Under the pieces are notes generated by a model. That model had not been told where the DNA came from, made no database searches, and was given only the letters and a program-made list of their open reading frames with translations. A stretch of 64,000 nucleotides of DNA from Halobacteriovoraceae bacterium (GTDB lineage: Bacteria > Bdellovibrionota > Bacteriovoracia > Bacteriovoracales > Bacteriovoracaceae): positions 832,001-896,000 of the forward strand of contig CAVRCF010000005.1 of the NCBI GenBank assembly GCA_963719505.1, read 5' to 3'. Both the position numbers and the translations under genes were made by a program. Below are positions 60,467 through 64,000 of the stretch, piece by piece; the first letter of the stretch is position 1; each line of letters starts with the position of its first letter.

Positions 60467-61399
60467 ATGCTCAAGATCTTCCAGTTAAATTGTCAGGATC
60501 TCTACTTGTTCATGGACAAGTATAATGGAGAAGATCTCGAAACCCTTCATCCTCCGAAGTGGCAACTTTTTACTTCTAGTTTTTTCCCAAATAAATCTCT
60601 CAAACAACTTTATGAACTCAAAGAGATGATCAATGAGATTGATCCTGACGTTCTTTTTCTAACCGAAGTTGGAGGACCTGAGAGCCTTGAAAACTTTAAC
60701 TCCTTTTTCCTTAGCAATAAGTACAAGATCTACTGTGAGCCAAGTAATTCAGATCGAGGAATCGATTTGGGCTATATGGTCAAAAAAGGTTTGAAGTACA
60801 AAGTCCAAATCAAAAATCACACAAAGCCTATTTTACAAAATGGTAAAAAGTTTTCCCGAGGAGTAATGGAGCTTAGGCTTTCTTTGGATGATTCTTTTGT
60901 CTACGTGAACTTTTTATGTCACTTGAAATCTAAGCTCAATCTTAAGAGAGTCGATTTTGAGGGGCGAGGTCAAAGGGCAGCTGAAATAAACTATCTAAGA
61001 GATCTCTACCTTAAGACATCAAAGAAATATGACCGAATTCCAGTAACCATTAGCGGAGACTTCAATGGTGTCATCTTTGAAAATGAAACAGAAGAAGAGT
61101 TCCTTCCCCTATTGGAATCGACGAAGCTCAAAGATGTGTTTGAGCTCCTTAAAAGACCCATTGAGCAAAGAATGAGCTACTGTTACTTTAACAGGCAAGG
61201 CACCAGGTATCCCATGCAGCTTGACTATTTTCTAATAGATGAGAAGTTTTCACACAGGCTAAGTTCAGAGTCCACACTTTTAGGATTCTCTCCTCCTTAT
61301 ACATCGACATTCGAATTACCTGACTCCATGAAAGAGAAAAGGGATCTCCCCAGTGATCACTTCCCCCTATTTATTAAACTAAAGTTAACGGACAAATAA
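60467..61399 (+). CDS. Endonuclease/exonuclease/phosphatase family protein
   Basis: DPDVLFLTEV, HLKSK, GDFN, LDY, PSDHFP. Confidence 0.88.
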   Translation: MLKIFQLNCQDLYLFMDKYNGEDLETLHPPKWQLFTSSFFPNKSLKQLYELKEMINEIDPDVLFLTEVGGPESLENFNSFFLSNKYKIYCEPSNSDRGIDLGYMVKKGLKYKVQIKNHTKPILQNGKKFSRGVMELRLSLDDSFVYVNFLCHLKSKLNLKRVDFEGRGQRAAEINYLRDLYLKTSKKYDRIPVTISGDFNGVIFENETEEEFLPLLESTKLKDVFELLKRPIEQRMSYCYFNRQGTRYPMQLDYFLIDEKFSHRLSSESTLLGFSPPYTSTFELPDSMKEKRDLPSDHFPLFIKLKLTDK

Positions 61400-61407
61400 G
61401 CCGATAA
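61380..61407 (+). promoter_or_regulatory. Possible sigma28 (FliA) promoter of the YceI gene
   Basis: TAAAGTT...GCCGATAA; perfect -10 box, 16-nt spacer after TAAA. Confidence 0.5.
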
Positions 61408-61443
61408 GTCGCTAATATAACTTTAAAAAATCGAGGTATAAAA

Positions 61444-61926
61444 GTGAAAAAAGCACTTTTGCTATTTTTAATGATGACAACGGGACTTCTTTACGCTGAA
61501 TCAAAGGGTATAACAGTTGATGTAAGCCTCTCTCCAGCGGGATCTTTTCAAATTAAATCCACAAAAGTTCGAGGAAATGTGACAAAGGCAGGAGGAAAGA
61601 TATCTGGAAAAGATATTAACGTTTCTGTGAAGTCACTAAAAACTGGGATTGAGCTCAGAGATGAGCATATGCATAAAAGATTAGATCCAAAGAATCATAA
61701 AAAAATAATTATCGAACAAGCTATTGGTGCCAAAGGTAATGGCGTTGCTATTATCAACATCAAAGGAATAAGAAAGAAGATCAAATTTACTTATAAAGAG
61801 ATGGGATCGATGGTGAAAGCAAATTTTAAACTAAGTCTTAAAGATTATAAAATCAGTGACTTACGCTATATGGGTGTTGGAGTTGAAGACGAGATATCAG
61901 TCACAGCTTTAGTCCCACTTAAATAG
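61444..61926 (+). CDS. YceI family protein
   Basis: Signal peptide; SLKTGIELRDEHM. Confidence 0.82.
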   Translation: MKKALLLFLMMTTGLLYAESKGITVDVSLSPAGSFQIKSTKVRGNVTKAGGKISGKDINVSVKSLKTGIELRDEHMHKRLDPKNHKKIIIEQAIGAKGNGVAIINIKGIRKKIKFTYKEMGSMVKANFKLSLKDYKISDLRYMGVGVEDEISVTALVPLK

Positions 61927-62010
61927 TCCTCTATTTGCGGTCAAAAAAAACTTTTCCGGGTGGCCAGAATACTTTTAAATGACTAAAATAGTGAACCTTA
62001 GGAGATTAAT

Positions 62011-62241
62011 GTGACTAAAAAATCAGAAAATTTTAAAGTAAAAATTGGTGAGGGCGTTCCTGTAGAGAAGGTTCTTAGAAAATTCAAAAGAATGTGTGAC
62101 TCTTACGGTGTGGTTAGACAGTACCGAGATAAAGAAGCTTACAAAAAGCCTTCTATTAGAGACAAAGAAAAAAGAGAAGCAGCTGAAAAAAGACGTAGAA
62201 AAACAGCTTCAAAAACAAAAAGATTTTCTAGAAAAATATAA
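62011..62241 (+). CDS. rpsU: 30S ribosomal protein S21
   Basis: VEKVLRKFKR...GVV...YKKPS...KREAAEKRRRK. Confidence 0.88.
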   Translation: MTKKSENFKVKIGEGVPVEKVLRKFKRMCDSYGVVRQYRDKEAYKKPSIRDKEKREAAEKRRRKTASKTKRFSRKI

Positions 62242-62259
62242 TTATTTTCATTCAGATAT

Positions 62260-62287
62260 AAAAAGCGATCCTATGAGATCGCTTTTT
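62260..62287. terminator. Bidirectional terminator
   Basis: AAAAAGCGATC-CTATGA-GATCGCTTTTT between convergent genes. Confidence 0.85.
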
Positions 62288-62300
62288 GTTTTTGGGAAGC

Positions 62301-62960
62301 TTAAAATCTAAAGATGTACTCTAATCCTGCAATGGTGTTTGTCGTCTTTATATCATCTGTTCCTATTGTCTTATTCTCCATCTCCCCTCCAGCAAAGATT
62401 CGCGCTCTGTGGCCACTACGACCAATGATTGAGTACAATCGCCCTGACACCTGAGTTCTATTTTCAACATCTCCACTAGAAGCTTCAAAATCATAAGTCA
62501 CATCAAAACCAATATTAAAGGGTCTAAACTGAGCTAAAACCTGATTATAATTCAATGAAAGGAAGCTTAAGTCCTCAGATAAAAGTTCTATTTCGTTATT
62601 AGATAATTTAAAATTTAAAACTTCAGCTTTTGAGCCAAAAACACTAATTGCCGACTTTGGTGTTAAAACAAATCTGAAACCAATATCAAATCTTTGGAGA
62701 GAAATTTCACTATCTCCTGTGACAATAGAGTCATCAAGATTAAACTTATAATTTCTATTTTCCATCTCGAGAAGAAAATGAACATATGTCCCTATAAACC
62801 ACTTGTAACCAACGGAGAAGCTTGGTTCGTTGGAGGACTTTAGGTCCTCAGCACCCAGTTCTTTAACTGTACTTGAGAAGGCGCTGGCCGAGAAAGTGAT
62901 CTCTTGAACTGCGTAGGATGAAAAAGAAAATAAGAGCGTGATGAGAGTTATCGTTTTCAT
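62301..62960 (-). CDS. Putative outer-membrane beta-barrel protein
   Basis: Signal peptide, amphipathic strands, C-terminal AGLEYIFRF. Confidence 0.7.
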   Translation of the reverse strand: MKTITLITLLFSFSSYAVQEITFSASAFSSTVKELGAEDLKSSNEPSFSVGYKWFIGTYVHFLLEMENRNYKFNLDDSIVTGDSEISLQRFDIGFRFVLTPKSAISVFGSKAEVLNFKLSNNEIELLSEDLSFLSLNYNQVLAQFRPFNIGFDVTYDFEASSGDVENRTQVSGRLYSIIGRSGHRARIFAGGEMENKTIGTDDIKTTNTIAGLEYIFRF

Positions 62961-63016
62961 TAGCCTATTTTAGGTGAAATGAGTTTAGATTTAAAGGGAG
63001 TAAGCTTTCCCCCACT

Positions 63017-63042
63017 AAAAGGGCCCGCATTGCACGGGCCCT
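63017..63042 (-). terminator. Rho-independent terminator
   Basis: AAAAGGGCCCG-CATTGCA-CGGGCCCT. Confidence 0.8.
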
Positions 63043-63067
63043 ATAAGCTAACTATTTGTTTTTGTGT

Positions 63068-63862
63068 TTAAAGAGTCGCTCTATTTCTATGAAGTCTGTA
63101 GAGCTTTTTATCGATCTTTCTTTTCTTAGAACTCGAAGTACTAATCGAATTATAGTCTAGAACTAGCTTTTGAGCACTTGGAGCTCTTGAGCTTTTAGAT
63201 GCACTAAAGGCTGCAAATCTAGTTGTTGGTTGAGCTAACAGATCATTCGTATCGATAACACTACTGATATCAACGAACAAACCAAACCCGTTTTTACCTG
63301 CTGTTCTAGAAGTATAAATACCTGCACTTCCTAGAACTTGACCCGCATTAAAGTTTGGAAAAATACTCGTCTCCCCGACAGATCTTCCTAAAGAATCGAG
63401 ACCACTAATTCCAACTGTAGCTCCTATAGCTGCAACACCATCAGAGAAGGCCAAGTAGACATTAGCCTTATCTTTAATGGGAATAACAATGACTGAATTT
63501 TCACGAATAAGGGGAAGTACATTTCCATTTGGAAGTTGAGCGACTATGGCCTCTACACTTGCAATCGCAGATACATTTAGCTCGACTTCAAATTTATTTC
63601 TTCCTTCAATATCTCTATACATAGAAATCAGACCAATTTCTCTGCCCGTTCTTGGAACGATAATAGGAAGAGTGAGATTACTTAAAGAGATATTTCCAAT
63701 TTGTAATTCTGCAGAAACAGAAACGAGAACCTCTGAGTTATCAACCTCGGAAGAGACTTGAACATTTTGGACATAACCTCCATTTCCTCCACAGGAAACA
63801 AGAGTAAAAGAAATAATAATGAGTGCAATAAAAGACTTTTGTGATGATTTAATTAGATTCAT
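63068..63862 (-). CDS. Hypothetical lipoprotein
   Basis: LVSC lipobox; beta-rich. Confidence 0.75.
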   Translation of the reverse strand: MNLIKSSQKSFIALIIISFTLVSCGGNGGYVQNVQVSSEVDNSEVLVSVSAELQIGNISLSNLTLPIIVPRTGREIGLISMYRDIEGRNKFEVELNVSAIASVEAIVAQLPNGNVLPLIRENSVIVIPIKDKANVYLAFSDGVAAIGATVGISGLDSLGRSVGETSIFPNFNAGQVLGSAGIYTSRTAGKNGFGLFVDISSVIDTNDLLAQPTTRFAAFSASKSSRAPSAQKLVLDYNSISTSSSKKRKIDKKLYRLHRNRATL

Positions 63863-64000
63863 GTATAACCCGTTAAAAAGCGTAGCTTTAGCGGATTTTT
63901 CTTAAAATGCTCACAACAAACGTACAACGGGTAAAAACGTACAACCACATATAAGAAATTTAAAAAAAGAATGTTTTGGGTATTAAAGAAGATCCATCTC

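Overview
AT-rich bacterial chromosomal window. The gene content suggests Bdellovibrionota, probably Bacteriovoracia; this is an inference. It holds housekeeping genes (sdhCAB, queE, DEAD-box helicase, sfsA, nadD-like, hppA, FKBP, tesA-ybbAP-dedA-exbBD, rpsU) and many secreted or surface proteins. These include two giant paralogous secreted proteins, one coupled to an S8 protease, a sigma54-driven beta-barrel plus metzincin lipoprotein pair, tandem Tyr/Trp-rich lipoproteins, and an Ig/Cys-Tyr-repeat/Arg-Pro-Thr protein. One IS1202-like (ISNCY) element has a 14-17 bp target duplication that overlaps a recurrent TGT-N11-ACA motif. A compact cobalamin riboswitch precedes an acyl-CoA thioesterase. 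At least eight genes appear leaderless (-10 box 5-6 nt before ATG). An unannotated 33-aa membrane peptide is present. Frameshifts in sdhA, sdhB and hppA look like consensus artefacts. I found no CRISPR, rRNA or tRNA.
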